Counted from the stretch's first letter, positions 53,349-63,891 are shown. The stretch: 64,000 nucleotides of DNA from an uncultured Gemmatimonadales bacterium (GCA_963748815.1 CAVVKJ010000019.1:49907-113906), one strand, 5' to 3'. Numbers and translations: made by a program. Notes: generated by a model from the sequence alone, not told the origin.

Positions 53349-54179
53349 ATGAGCATCTACGGCCTTCCGCGCCCCACACCCTGGGTCTGGCGACTGATCA
53401 TCGCCAACGCGGTCGTATTGCTGCTGCTCACGGCGCTCCTCCCCGCGCTCGAGCCGTTGCTTCGGTTCGTCCCCGACCTGCCGTACGCCCTGACCCACCC
53501 CTGGACCTTCGGCAGCTACATGTTTGTCCACGCGGGGCTGATGCACCTCGCGTTCAACATGCTCATCCTCTACTCACTGGGCACCCGCGTCGAGGAACGG
53601 ATGGGCAGCCGTCCCTTCATTCTCTTCTACCTCTACTGCGGCCTCGGCGGCGCGCTCTTCTCCCTTGGCCTCTCGGCGCTCCAGCCGGGGGCCATTGTCG
53701 GCGCCTCCGCCGCGGTCTTCGGCGTCGCCGTGGCGTACGCCATGTTCTGGCCCGATGCGGAACTGATGGTCTTCCCCCTCCCCTGGCCGATCCGCGCCCG
53801 CACCCTCGTCATCGCGCTGCTGGCGCTCGACCTTGTGCTCGGGCTCCTCAATCAGGGTGACGGCGTCGCCCACATCGCCCATCTGGGTGGAGCCGCCTTC
53901 GGATATCTCTTCTTCCGCATCCAGGGGCTCGCCGGCCCCACGCGCCTCCCCCGTCCCCGGGTGGTCGAGCGGACCGTGATGGTGCAGTCGGGCTCCCGCG
54001 AGGCGGAGCGTGCCGACACGCCGGTGCCGCTTGCCCGCCGCCGCATCGAGCCGGAGCGCGACGAGATCGCGATCGAGACCGACCGGCTCCTCGACAAGAT
54101 CAGCGGCCAAGGCATCGCGAGCCTCACGCCGGCGGAACGCAAGTTCCTCGATGAGGTCTCGAAGAAGAAGCGACACTAG
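53349..54179 (+). CDS. Rhomboid intramembrane protease
   Basis: HLAFNM, GASA, AHLGG. Confidence 0.9.
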   Translation: MSIYGLPRPTPWVWRLIIANAVVLLLLTALLPALEPLLRFVPDLPYALTHPWTFGSYMFVHAGLMHLAFNMLILYSLGTRVEERMGSRPFILFYLYCGLGGALFSLGLSALQPGAIVGASAAVFGVAVAYAMFWPDAELMVFPLPWPIRARTLVIALLALDLVLGLLNQGDGVAHIAHLGGAAFGYLFFRIQGLAGPTRLPRPRVVERTVMVQSGSREAERADTPVPLARRRIEPERDEIAIETDRLLDKISGQGIASLTPAERKFLDEVSKKKRH

Positions 54180-54288
54180 CGCGCCAAAACTTGACAATCG
54201 CACCCAACTCCTTCCCCGCTTCGTTGCTTTCAACTTCTCCAACTGCATTGCCACTTGCATCGCGCGCCGAATTTTCCTATTCTGGCGC

Positions 54289-55228
54289 GTGCTGATTAAT
54301 CTCGTCCCCGATTTTCTCGCCGTCCTTGCCGACGCCGACCGCGAAGCCGCCTGGCAACGCTACTTCGAATCCCACAGCGCCATCCTGACCGCCTACTGGC
54401 GGAATTACGTCCTCGAGCCCGGTTCCCCGGCCGCCGACGTCGTCGTCCGCAATGCCCTCGCCGCCGACCGCAGTGACTTGCACGCCCTCCTCGCGGGTGT
54501 CGATATCGTGCGCGTCGTCGAGGAGACGCTTGCCCGCGCCGAAGAGGTATTGCAGGTCGACCGGCCGACCGATTGCTACCTGATGGTCGGCATGGGGGGC
54601 GCCAACGCCGGCGAACTGGTGGTCGGCGGGCGGGGCGTGGCCTTCATTTGCCTGGAGCATTTCACCGGGCGCGCCAATCCCGAAACCTACGGCCTCGGCC
54701 TCACCCCCGACCTGATTCCCCTCTGGGTTGGCCACGAAATGGCGCACACCGTGCGCTACACCTCGCCGTCGAGCCGCAGCGATCTTCGCCGCCTCGTGTC
54801 CGATGCCGCGGGCTACTATGACTATTGGGAAACGGGGCGGCGGGCCACCCTGCGTGAGTTGCTCGTCAACGAAGGGCTCGCCGTGCGTGCCGCCGAGGCG
54901 GTCGCCCCGGGCTTTCGGTTGAGTGACTATTTCGGATACACCCGCCGCCAATACAGCCGGCTTACGGGAGCTGGAAGCCTTCCTCACCCGGGCCGCCGAG
55001 CCTGACCTCGACCGCTCCGCCCTCGGGCTTCGGCTCCGGTACCTCTCCGGCGGTATGAGTCCCGCCGCCCGCCTCGTCCAAGGCAAGGTCATCCCCGAAC
55101 GCAGCGGCTACTACCTCGGCCACCGGATGACGGAAGCGCTGGTCCGTCAACATGGCATTGCGGCAGCACTTCGAGCGCCAGCCGAAGATGTGCAGGCGGC
55201 GGACGACGCGGCGAGAGGGGTCGCCTGA
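54289..55228 (+). CDS. Predicted Zn-dependent protease (DUF2268-like), frameshift near 54965
   Basis: HEMAH, NEGLA, GYYLG. Confidence 0.7.
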
Positions 55229-55530
55229 CAGCGGGGAAGCGGGGAAGCGGGGCAGCGGGGAAGCGGGGAAGCGGGGAAGCGGGGCCGAAGATGCGAACGC
55301 CCACGTATGGTGTCAAGCGTCAGCCTCACAGAATTGGTTAACCGCCGGGATTCCTGGCGTCCGGCACGTTGGGTTGATCCCGTTTGAATAGGGGTGGGCA
55401 TATGCCCACCCCGGTCGGTCCGCCCGCGCACGGGATTGCCGAATTCATGGCCGGTTCCGCCCACCCCGGTCGGTCCGCCCGCGCACGGGATTGCCGAATT
55501 CATGGCCGGTTCCGCCCACCCCGGTCGACG
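55229..55530 (+). repeat. Composite repeat element, copy 1 (family-B array, core, palindrome, 55-bp tandem x2)
   Basis: Colinear with 60428-60890; palindrome ggggtgggcatatgcccacccc. Confidence 0.85.
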
Positions 55531-55573
55531 AGCGAAGTTGCGGTACGGCCCCCCACCATGATTCCTTCCATCC

Positions 55574-55795
55574 ATGAACCCCAAACCCAATCCTGTCACC
55601 ATCACCATCAAGTCCTCGGGGAGTATCTCCATCGAGGGTGACGTCGTCCTGCAGGACCGCGACGGCAACCCGATTCCACGCCCGGCCGAGAAACATCCGG
55701 GGATTCTGAAGCTCTGCGGCTGCGGCCACTCCAAGATTCCCCCGTTCTGCGACGGCACCCACCACGAGTACAAGCAGGCCGCGCCGGCCAGCTGA
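55574..55795 (+). CDS. CDGSH iron-sulfur domain protein
   Basis: LCGCGHSKIPPFCDGTH. Confidence 0.9.
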   Translation: MNPKPNPVTITIKSSGSISIEGDVVLQDRDGNPIPRPAEKHPGILKLCGCGHSKIPPFCDGTHHEYKQAAPAS

Positions 55796-55811
55796 CCCCT
55801 CCCCTGGAGCC

Positions 55812-56384
55812 ATGATGACCGTTTGGCACGCCGATCTCGACATCGCCAGGGCTGCGGCGCAATCGTCCTCGCGCCCCGTTCTGCTCTACACCTGGTCGCC
55901 TGGGTGACTGGGGTGCAAGCAAATGGATGCCGTGACGTATCCATCCGCCCAGACCGAAGCCTTTCTCTCCAGCCACTTCGAGTGCGTCAAGGTAAGCGTC
56001 GCCGACAGGAGCCCGGAGGCGCGCGCTGCCGTGCGCGGCTATCGGCACCTCTGGGCACCCGGCTTCGTCGTCTTTGATCAGCGGGGGGAGGAGTTGCGGC
56101 GATTCCTGGGGTATCAGCCGCCGCGCGAGTTCATCGCGGAGCTGACCGTGGCGCTGGGCAAGGTCCGGATGCTGCACCGCGATCCGGCGGGGGCCTTCGA
56201 GGCCTTCCGGTCGGTGGCCGATCTTGAGCCACCAGCCCCCGTCACCCCCGAAGCGGTGTATTGGGCCGGAGTGGCGGCGTACCAGCGGGATGGGAAGGAC
56301 TTGGATTTCCTGCGGGAGTACTGGGAGGAGCTCCGGCTCAGATTTCCCGAGAGCCGGTGGTGGGTTGCAGCCGACGTTTATTAG
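55812..56384 (+). CDS. Thioredoxin-fold (plus TPR-like) protein, probable selenoprotein (UxxC)
   Basis: ATG 55812 is in frame through TGA 55905-55907: ...LLYTWSPG-U-LGC-KQMDAVTYP; hairpin at 55923-55944. Confidence 0.8.
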
Positions 56385-56426
56385 GCGGGGAAGCGGGGAA
56401 GCGGGGAAGCGGGGAAGCGCGAGAAT

Positions 56427-57776
56427 CTACTTCCCGACGCAAAAACTGCGAAAGACCCGGTCCAGCACCTCGTCCACGTCGACCACGCCGATCAACTCTT
56501 CCAGCGCCCGTGCCGCAGCGCGCAGGTGGTGCGCGGCCAGGACCGCATCACCCCGTCCCGAGAGCTGCGGCACTGCCTGCCCCAGCGCCTCCTGCGCCCG
56601 CGCGAGCGCGATCCGGTGCCGTTCGCGCGTCAGCCCCGGCTCCAGGTCGGGCAACGACGCCTGCTCGCCGAAGGCGAGACGTACCACGGCGGCTTTCAGC
56701 GCATCGAGGCCCTCTCCGGTGACAGCGGAGGTTGGAAGCGGGGAAGCGGGGAAGCGGGGAAGCGGGAGGGGCGGAATGTCAGCCTTCGTGACGATTCGAA
56801 TGATCCCCTCTCGCGTCGATCCGACCTCCTCTTCCCTTCCCCGCTTCCCCGCTTCCCCGCCTGCCGCCTCACAAACGACCACCACATCCGCCCCCTCCAC
56901 ATACCGTCGGCTAAACCCGACACCCAGTTGTTCCGCCTCGTCCTCCGACTCGCGGAGGCCGGCGGTGTCGACCAGTCGAACGGGCCAGCCGAGAAAGGTG
57001 GTCGCGGCCTCGATGGCGTCGCGCGTGGTGCCGGGGGTGGCGGTCACGATGGCGCGCTCCGAACCGAGCAGCGCATTGAAAAGGGAGGACTTCCCGACGT
57101 TGGGGGGGCCGGCCAGCACCACCAGCGCGCCGGCCCGGAGCCGCTCCCCGGCGGGAGCGGTGGCGAGGAGCCGCGCCACTCGGTCCTGCAGCGCTCTCAT
57201 CCGCTCGGCGATCCGCGCCGGCGCCACGGGGCCGTCGTCTTCCTCAGGAAAATCGATGTCATAGCCGAGCAGGGCTTCGACGTCGAGGAGTTCGGTGCGG
57301 AGATCGGCGAGACGCCGCGAGAGGCCGCCATCCAGTTGATGCAGCGCGGAACGCGCCTGGGCCGGCGCGGTGGCGTCGATCAGGTCGCCGACGGCCTCCG
57401 CCTGCAGCAGGTCCATCCGACCGTGGAGCACCGCGCGCCTCGTGAATTCGCCGGGGAGTGCGGGCCGGGCGCCAGCCGCCAGGAGCGCGCCGACCAGCCG
57501 AGCCGGAGCCACGAAGCCGCCATGACAGGAGAACTCGACCAGATCTTCACCGGTATAACTGTGGGGTCCGGGAAAGACAGTGTAGAGCCCTTGATCGATC
57601 AGTGTCCCGTCACCATCGACAAAATTCGCGAGATGCGCTGTTCTCGGTGGCTCCGAGCTGAAGGTCGGCACCACCCGCGCCGCGATGTCGATGGCTCCCC
57701 GGCCCGACAGGCGGACCACCGCCAGGGCGGACTGGCCGGGTGGCGTGGCAAGCGCTGCGATGGGGTCGGAGAGCAT
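56427..57776 (-). CDS. mnmE: tRNA modification GTPase MnmE
   Basis: DPIAALATPPG, SYTGED, GPPNVGKSS, DTAGLR, FCVGK. Confidence 0.95.
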   Translation of the reverse strand: MLSDPIAALATPPGQSALAVVRLSGRGAIDIAARVVPTFSSEPPRTAHLANFVDGDGTLIDQGLYTVFPGPHSYTGEDLVEFSCHGGFVAPARLVGALLAAGARPALPGEFTRRAVLHGRMDLLQAEAVGDLIDATAPAQARSALHQLDGGLSRRLADLRTELLDVEALLGYDIDFPEEDDGPVAPARIAERMRALQDRVARLLATAPAGERLRAGALVVLAGPPNVGKSSLFNALLGSERAIVTATPGTTRDAIEAATTFLGWPVRLVDTAGLRESEDEAEQLGVGFSRRYVEGADVVVVCEAAGGEAGKRGREEEVGSTREGIIRIVTKADIPPLPLPRFPASPLPTSAVTGEGLDALKAAVVRLAFGEQASLPDLEPGLTRERHRIALARAQEALGQAVPQLSGRGDAVLAAHHLRAAARALEELIGVVDVDEVLDRVFRSFCVGK

Positions 57777-57900
57777 GGGAGGAAGGTACTTCAGGTGGGG
57801 AAGCGGGGAAGGAGGGCCGAGCCCGATCTCGATGTCCTTCCCGCGCAAGCGGGAATCCAGTGGCTGCCGCCCTGGACCCCCGCGTTCGCGGGGGTGACAA

Positions 57901-59598
57901 TTACCCCTTCTTTCCCTTCTTCTGCGGCGCTTCCTGCTTCTTTTCTCCCCCGCCGTTCCGCATCGCGTTCAGCTTCATCCGCTCCTCGCTGATCAGCCAC
58001 TGCTGCGGGATGCTCGCGATGTTGCTCACCGCGTAGTACAGGTTAAGGCCCGACGCAAAATTCAGGAAGAGCACGGTCATCATGACCGGCATCACGTACA
58101 TCATCATCTTCATCTGCGGATTCGGGGGAATGCCGCGCTGACCCATCTTGGTCAGGCCGAACATCGAGAGCCCCATGATCAGCGGGATGATGTACAGCGG
58201 GTCGGGTCGCGAGAGGTCGGGCAGCCAGAGGAAGGCCTGGCCGCGCAGTTCGATGGTGTTCTGGAAGACGAAGAACAGCGCCAGCAGCACCGGCATCGGC
58301 AGCAGCATGGGCCAGCACCCGCCCAGCGGGTTGACGCCGTGTTCCTTGTAGAGCTTGAACATCTCCTGCTGCAGCCTGGTCGGGTCTTCCTTGTACTTGG
58401 TCTGGATGTCCTTCAGCTCGGGCTGGATGGCCTGCATGGCCATGGTCGAGCGCATCGCCTTCTGGTTGAGCGGCCAGAGCACGAGCCGCACCAGGATGCC
58501 GAAGAGCACCAGCACCATGCCGTAGGCCAGGTGGAGGTTCTCGTGCATCCACACCAGCATCCAGCGCACCCCGATCGCCACCGGCCGGATGACCGTCCGG
58601 AAGCCCGGCCAGCCGTAGGGGTTCACGTCGTCGAAGTCGTGCCCCACCTTGGCCAGCCGGTTGTACTCCATCGGCCCGGCGTAGAGCTGGTACCGGAATT
58701 CGCCGGTCGAGGTCACCGGCATGCTGGCCCAGAGGGCCGCCTGGTGCGCCTTCTTCTGGCCGGGCAGCGGCAGCGGACGCACCGTCACCCCGCCGATCGG
58801 CGCGGCCCCCGGCTCGAACGCGAGGACGGCCGTCACGAAGTACTTCGACTTCACCGCCACCCACTCGAAGGGGCCGCTCACCGTCGCCACTTCGGCGGTG
58901 TCGAGCGACTGGAACGCCTTGAACTTGGTGCCCTGCGCCTTCGTCACGAACCCCATCGACCGTTCGTTCTCGGCCAGGTTCGCCTCGGTGTTGGCCAGCC
59001 CCGGCCCCATCCCCACCAGCAGCAGGCCGCCGTTCGGGCCGACGCCGCTGATCGAACCCACCACGCCGATTTGGTAATCGTCGGGACTGAAGGTGTACGC
59101 CAGCGACACGGTGACGTCGCCCCGGGTGGACGTGAGCTCGATGGTCCGGATGACGTCGGTGGACATCTCCGTGGCCGACGTCACGAAGCTCCAGTCGTCG
59201 AGCCGCAGCGTGTCCTCACCGACCACCAGGCGCAGCCCCATCAGCTCCGAACCGGCGGGCGTCAGGTCGGCGGGTCCCCCGGTGGTGCCGGGCGCCTGGT
59301 CGGCGTAGCGCTCGAGCTCCGCAGTGACGAGCCGGGCGCCACGGGTGGAAATCCCGTAGCTGGCGAGCGGGGTGTGGATCAGGACGGTGTCTTCAGGCGC
59401 CGCGTCGGTTGGGCTGCTCACCACCGATGGCGTGGACGACACCTCCGGGAAGGCCGGGGCGGCCTCCGGGGCGGGGGCCAACGCGGTGACGGAGTCGGCG
59501 GGGGCCGAGACCGGCACGGGTGGCTTCTTCAGCAGCAGGGCCGGGGCCATGACGATGAGAGTCATGAGCGCCATCGCCCAGATGAAACGACGATCCAT
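57901..59598 (-). CDS. yidC: Membrane protein insertase YidC
   Basis: NPLGGCWPMLLPMP, LWLPDLS.PDP, SGLNLYY. Confidence 0.95.
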   Translation of the reverse strand: MDRRFIWAMALMTLIVMAPALLLKKPPVPVSAPADSVTALAPAPEAAPAFPEVSSTPSVVSSPTDAAPEDTVLIHTPLASYGISTRGARLVTAELERYADQAPGTTGGPADLTPAGSELMGLRLVVGEDTLRLDDWSFVTSATEMSTDVIRTIELTSTRGDVTVSLAYTFSPDDYQIGVVGSISGVGPNGGLLLVGMGPGLANTEANLAENERSMGFVTKAQGTKFKAFQSLDTAEVATVSGPFEWVAVKSKYFVTAVLAFEPGAAPIGGVTVRPLPLPGQKKAHQAALWASMPVTSTGEFRYQLYAGPMEYNRLAKVGHDFDDVNPYGWPGFRTVIRPVAIGVRWMLVWMHENLHLAYGMVLVLFGILVRLVLWPLNQKAMRSTMAMQAIQPELKDIQTKYKEDPTRLQQEMFKLYKEHGVNPLGGCWPMLLPMPVLLALFFVFQNTIELRGQAFLWLPDLSRPDPLYIIPLIMGLSMFGLTKMGQRGIPPNPQMKMMMYVMPVMMTVLFLNFASGLNLYYAVSNIASIPQQWLISEERMKLNAMRNGGGEKKQEAPQKKGKKG

Positions 59599-59613
59599 GG
59601 TCAGGTCACCGGA

Positions 59614-59841
59614 TCAGGGTACCGGGTCGTACCCGCCGGGATTGAACGGGTGACAGCGAATGAGGCGCCGAACACCGAGCCAGAGGCCCTTGAGGGCGCC
59701 GTATCTCGAAACCGCCTCCAGCGTGTACTGCGAGCAGCTCGGCGAAAACCGGCAGCTCGGCGGGAGGGCGGGACTGATGAACTTCTGGTAGCCGCGGATC
59801 GGCAGCAGGACGATCCGGCGGGGCAGGTCACGGAGCCGCAT
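59614..59841 (-). CDS. yidD: Membrane protein insertion efficiency factor
   Basis: [24 protein letters not shown]. Confidence 0.95.
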   Translation of the reverse strand: MRLRDLPRRIVLLPIRGYQKFISPALPPSCRFSPSCSQYTLEAVSRYGALKGLWLGVRRLIRCHPFNPGGYDPVP

Positions 59842-60193
59842 CGGGACTCCCGGCGACGGCATCGCGCCAGGCGTGCAGTTCGGATCGCAGCGCGGCGAAG
59901 GTGGCCGAGTAGGCCTCGCGCCGCGCGCGGACCAGCAGGTCGACCGGTGGCGTGGCGCCCTGCACCTCCCGCCGCCACAGCTCCTTCAGGCGCCGGCGCA
60001 AACGATTGCGGGCCACCCCCGTGGACTGGTACTTCGGGACGATGAGTCCCATCCGGGGAAGGCCCGCCACATTGTCCGACCAGAGAAACTCCAAGTGCCC
60101 CGTGCGCATCCGGCGTCCCGTGTTGAGGAGCCGGCGGATGTCCGACGATTTCGCGAGCCGGTTGGCTCGCGAAAATCGCTCACTGGACGTCAG
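59828..60193 (-). CDS. rnpA: Ribonuclease P protein component (start uncertain)
   Basis: [20 protein letters not shown]; synteny. Confidence 0.85.
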   Translation of the reverse strand: MTSSERFSRANRLAKSSDIRRLLNTGRRMRTGHLEFLWSDNVAGLPRMGLIVPKYQSTGVARNRLRRRLKELWRREVQGATPPVDLLVRARREAYSATFAALRSELHAWRDAVAGSPDAAP

Positions 60194-60351
60194 GAGCCCC
60201 CGTGCTTCGACGGAATGCTCACGACCAGCGACTTCCGACCCTTCTTCCGACGCCGCGAGAGCACCGCACGACCCCAACGGGTCGCCATCCGGGCGCGGAA
60301 GCCGTGCTTGCTGATGCGCCGCTTGTTTCTCGGCCTGTACGTAGGCTTCAT
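60190..60351 (-). CDS. rpmH: 50S ribosomal protein L34 (not in the ORF track)
   Basis: [53 protein letters not shown]. Confidence 0.95.
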   Translation of the reverse strand: MKPTYRPRNKRRISKHGFRARMATRWGRAVLSRRRKKGRKSLVVSIPSKHGGS

Positions 60352-60427
60352 AACTCTATCCTATAGTGAGACTTAATGAGCCGGAAAACGTAATCTCAGG
60401 GTGTGGAAAGGTCAAGGAGGGGGATAG

Positions 60428-60890
60428 CAGCGGGGCAGCGGGGCAGCGGGGCAGCGGGGCAGCGGGGCAGCGGGGCAGCGGGGCAGCGGGGCAGGCGGGG
60501 CCGAAGGTGCGAACGGCCATCCAAGGTGTCAAGGGGCAGCCTCACGGAATTGCTTGAGCCGTGGGGATCCCTGGCATCTGGCACATTGGGTCGAACCCGT
60601 TTGAATAGGGGTGGGCATATGCCCACCCCGGTCGATGAGCCCACGGATGCGATTGCTATGGGATCGGGATTGATGCCCACCCCGGTCGATGAGCCCACGG
60701 ATGGGATTGCTATGGGATCGGGATTGATGCCCACCCCGGTCGACGAGCCCACGGATGGGATTGCAATTGGATCGGGATTGATGCCCATCCCGGTCGAGGA
60801 GCCCACGGATGCGATTGCTATGGGATCGGGATTGATGCCCACCCCGGTCGGTCCGCCAACGCACGGGTTGGCCGGATCCGTGATTGGTTC
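60428..60890 (+). repeat. Composite repeat element, copy 2 ((GCGGGGCA)n, core, palindrome, 54-bp tandem x4)
   Basis: Units start at 60619, 60673, 60727, 60781 and 60835. Confidence 0.9.
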
Positions 60891-61074
60891 GGCGCCTCCG
60901 CCGTGACGACGGCAATGTCGATTCATCCTCCCCGCATCTCCGCGTTCTCGCTTCCCCGTCGATGTGGACACGCACAGCAACTCCATCGTTTCCCTCCGGT
61001 TCCAGAGTTCGTGAACATCGATTCCGGTGATGTCAAGTGCGTGTAACGCAACCCACATTTTCCGCCACGTTGAC

Positions 61075-61083
61075 TTTTCCACA
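61075..61083 (+). promoter_or_regulatory. DnaA box in the dnaA promoter region
   Basis: TTTTCCACA, overlapping TTGACT...TAGAAT promoter-like elements. Confidence 0.6.
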
Positions 61084-61140
61084 CTGGGCTCGTAGAATCG
61101 TCCCCCCAAGGCATTTCTCCCACCGGGTCGACGAGTCTCG

Positions 61141-62526
61141 ATGCAGCTGTCCGCCAAAGAAGCCTGGAAGCGCATCCTCGAAGATGCGCGCCGCGAGCTT
61201 CCCGAACACGCGATCCGCACCTGGCTTGAGCCCACTTCGGCGATAGCCCTGGACGGCGCAGAGTTGGTGATCGGAGCGCCGGACCAGTTTGCCGTCGAGT
61301 GGAACGAGACCAAGCACGCCGGCGTGCTCTCGAAGCTGGCCGAGCCGCTCCTCGGCCAGGCCACGAGGATCGTCTTCCGGGTCCAGGAGGAGCGGCAGCA
61401 GCGCCCCCAGATGGATTTCTTCGTGGCGCCGCCGGCCTCCGAGCCGACCGCGGCCGCCGCGGTCCGGAACACCCAGCCGCTCAACGAGCGCTACACCTTC
61501 GACACCTTCGTCATCGGGAAGTCGAACGAGTTGGCCGCCGCCGCCGCACACGCCGTGGCCGAGGCGCCGGGGAAGACCTACAACCCCCTCTTCATCTACG
61601 GCGCCACCGGGCTGGGCAAGACCCACCTGATGCAGGCCATCGCCCACGCCGTCGTCGAGCGGGCCCCGGACACGCGGGTGCTCTTCGTGGGCGCCGAGCA
61701 GTTCATCAACGAGGTCATCGAGAGCATCCACAGCCGCACCACCCCGGAGCTCAAGCGCCGGTACCGGAGCGATGTGGATCTGCTGCTGGTGGACGATGTG
61801 CACTTCCTGGAGGGCAAGGAGCGCACACAGGAGGAGTTCTTCCACACCTTCAACGCGCTCTACGAGGCCGGCAAGCAGATCGTGGTCACCTCCGACCGGC
61901 CCCCCAAGGAGCTGCCGGGCCTCGAGGCCCGGCTGGTCAGCCGGTTCGAGTGGGGCATGGTGGCCGACAGCGGCCTCCCCGACCTCGAGCACCGGATCGC
62001 CATCCTGCAGAAGAAGCAGGAGCAGGACCACCTCGAGATGACCATCCCGGACGACGTCCTCCGGTTCATCGCCGAGCACGTCCGGTCCAACGTCCGGGAG
62101 CTGGAAGGGTGTATCATCAAGCTGCTGCTCTTCGCGTCGCTGAAGCACCGGGAAATCACCATCGAGCTGGCGCGGGAGTCCCTGGCCGACAAGATCAAGG
62201 CCAGCGAAGAGGCTGCCAGTGTGACACCCCGCCCGCTGCCATCGGTGGACCGGGTACAGGAAATTGTGTCGCGACGGTGGGGTGTCACTCCTGAGGGGCT
62301 CCGGTCCAAGGCTCGGATCCAGACGCTCACGGTGCCGAGACAGATCGCGATGTACCTGGCGCGCGAAGTTCTCCAGATGCAACTGGTCGAAATCGGCCAG
62401 GCGTTCGGCGGGCGCGACCACAGCACCGTGATTCACAGTGTGGACAAGGTTGAGCGCCAGATGGCGCGCGATCGTGCGTTCCGCGAGCGAGTTGAGCTCG
62501 CGCGGCAGGAGTTGTTCGCACAATAG
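61141..62526 (+). CDS. dnaA: Chromosomal replication initiator DnaA
   Basis: YNPLFIYGATGLGKTHL, QEEFFHTFN, GGRDHSTV. Confidence 0.98.
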   Translation: MQLSAKEAWKRILEDARRELPEHAIRTWLEPTSAIALDGAELVIGAPDQFAVEWNETKHAGVLSKLAEPLLGQATRIVFRVQEERQQRPQMDFFVAPPASEPTAAAAVRNTQPLNERYTFDTFVIGKSNELAAAAAHAVAEAPGKTYNPLFIYGATGLGKTHLMQAIAHAVVERAPDTRVLFVGAEQFINEVIESIHSRTTPELKRRYRSDVDLLLVDDVHFLEGKERTQEEFFHTFNALYEAGKQIVVTSDRPPKELPGLEARLVSRFEWGMVADSGLPDLEHRIAILQKKQEQDHLEMTIPDDVLRFIAEHVRSNVRELEGCIIKLLLFASLKHREITIELARESLADKIKASEEAASVTPRPLPSVDRVQEIVSRRWGVTPEGLRSKARIQTLTVPRQIAMYLAREVLQMQLVEIGQAFGGRDHSTVIHSVDKVERQMARDRAFRERVELARQELFAQ

Positions 62527-62744
62527 TCGGCTCGGCGAATGTGTTAAAATGTGGAATCGACATTCGCGGTCGAAATCGGCGGAGCTTTCCATCTGCTCCA
62601 CACGCTTCCGACAGAGCCAAAGTGGTGCAGGGTGTTGTTCGGCGGTGAGTTGGGGCGGTCACCCACATCTCCACACCCTCTACTACTACTACTAGTCATA
62701 TATATCTATAGAAGTACTAGTACTACTTGCACGGTGGGGATGGC
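62527..62744. other. Replication origin (oriC) unwinding region
   Basis: Degenerate DnaA boxes (tgtggaatc 62550, tgctccaca 62594, atctccaca 62667), DnaA-trio run ctactactactactag 62680-62695, AT-rich tract. Confidence 0.8.
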
Positions 62745-63854
62745 ATGAAGTTCACGATCACGCGCGAACAGTTCCAGGAAGGCCTGGTGGCCGTGGCGGC
62801 CAGTGTCCCCGCCAAGACCACGCTCCCGGTGCTGGCCAATATCCTGCTCGAAGCCACCAAGGACGGCCTCCGGATCTCGGGGACCGACCTCGACATCGCT
62901 GTCAGCACGACAGTGGCAGCCAGTGTCGACCAGGAAGGCGCCATCACCCTCCCAGCCAGGAAGCTGGTGGAGATCGTCCGGGAACTTCCCAGCGCCAGCA
63001 TCCGGTTCACCGCCTCGGGCGAGCAGCGGGTCAGCCTCGAGTGCGGCAAGTCGAAGTTCAAGCTGCTCGGGTTGCCGCGGGAAGAGTTCCCGGCCTTCCC
63101 GACGGTCAGTTTCGACGGTGGCTGGACCGTGGCGGCCAAGGAGCTTCACAAGCTCATCGGGCACGTGGCGTTCGCCGCGAGCACCGAGGAGAGCCGGCCC
63201 ATCCTGAACGGCGTCCTCTGGGAACTCCGGCCCGACAAGATGCGGATGGTGGCCACCAACGGGCACCGGCTGGCCCGGATGGACGTACCGGTGTCCGGTG
63301 GCAAGACCCAGGCGGACCTGATCGTGCCGCCCAAGGCGCTGGACCAGATTCGGCGGCTCTTCGGCGCCGACGACAGCGTCGAGATGGCCCGGAGCGACAA
63401 CCACCTCGGCTTCCGCTCGGCCACGACCCAGGTCTACACCCGGCTCATCGAGGGGCCGTACCCGAACTACGAGCAGGTCATCCCGAAGGAAAACGACAAG
63501 GTGGCCACCGCCGACAAGTCCGCGCTGGCGGCTGCCCTGCGGCGGATGAGCACCGTGGCCAGCGACCAGACCCACCGGATCCGGATGGCGTTCTCCAGCG
63601 GCGGCTGCAAGCTCTCGGTCCAGACGCCGGACCTCGGCGAGGCCCAGGACGAGCTGACGGTCACCTACGAGGGCGAGCCGCTCGAAATCGGCTTCAACGC
63701 CACCTACCTGCTCGAAATCCTGAAGTTCATCCCGACCGATGAGGTCAGAATGACGTTCAAGGCGCCGGAACGCGCCGCCACCTGCGAGCCGGTGGGCTGG
63801 GACGACCCGGCCAGCTACATGACGCTGGTGATGCCGCTGCGACTGGTGGATTAG
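62745..63854 (+). CDS. dnaN: DNA polymerase III beta clamp
   Basis: GTDLD, VATNGHRL, RLIEGPYPNY, LVMPLR. Confidence 0.97.
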   Translation: MKFTITREQFQEGLVAVAASVPAKTTLPVLANILLEATKDGLRISGTDLDIAVSTTVAASVDQEGAITLPARKLVEIVRELPSASIRFTASGEQRVSLECGKSKFKLLGLPREEFPAFPTVSFDGGWTVAAKELHKLIGHVAFAASTEESRPILNGVLWELRPDKMRMVATNGHRLARMDVPVSGGKTQADLIVPPKALDQIRRLFGADDSVEMARSDNHLGFRSATTQVYTRLIEGPYPNYEQVIPKENDKVATADKSALAAALRRMSTVASDQTHRIRMAFSSGGCKLSVQTPDLGEAQDELTVTYEGEPLEIGFNATYLLEILKFIPTDEVRMTFKAPERAATCEPVGWDDPASYMTLVMPLRLVD

Positions 63855-63891
63855 AGGCGGGAACGCGGGGAAGCGGGGAGGAAACAACAAG

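Noticed and set aside
60619..60850. CRISPR-like array (also 55404-55530)
   Set aside because: The would-be spacers are near-identical, the constant part is only about 14-16 bp, and there are no cas genes; it is a tandem repeat
60396..60975. Repetitive ORFs over the tandem repeat
   Set aside because: Open frames result from repeat periodicity (54 bp); no RBS or homology support
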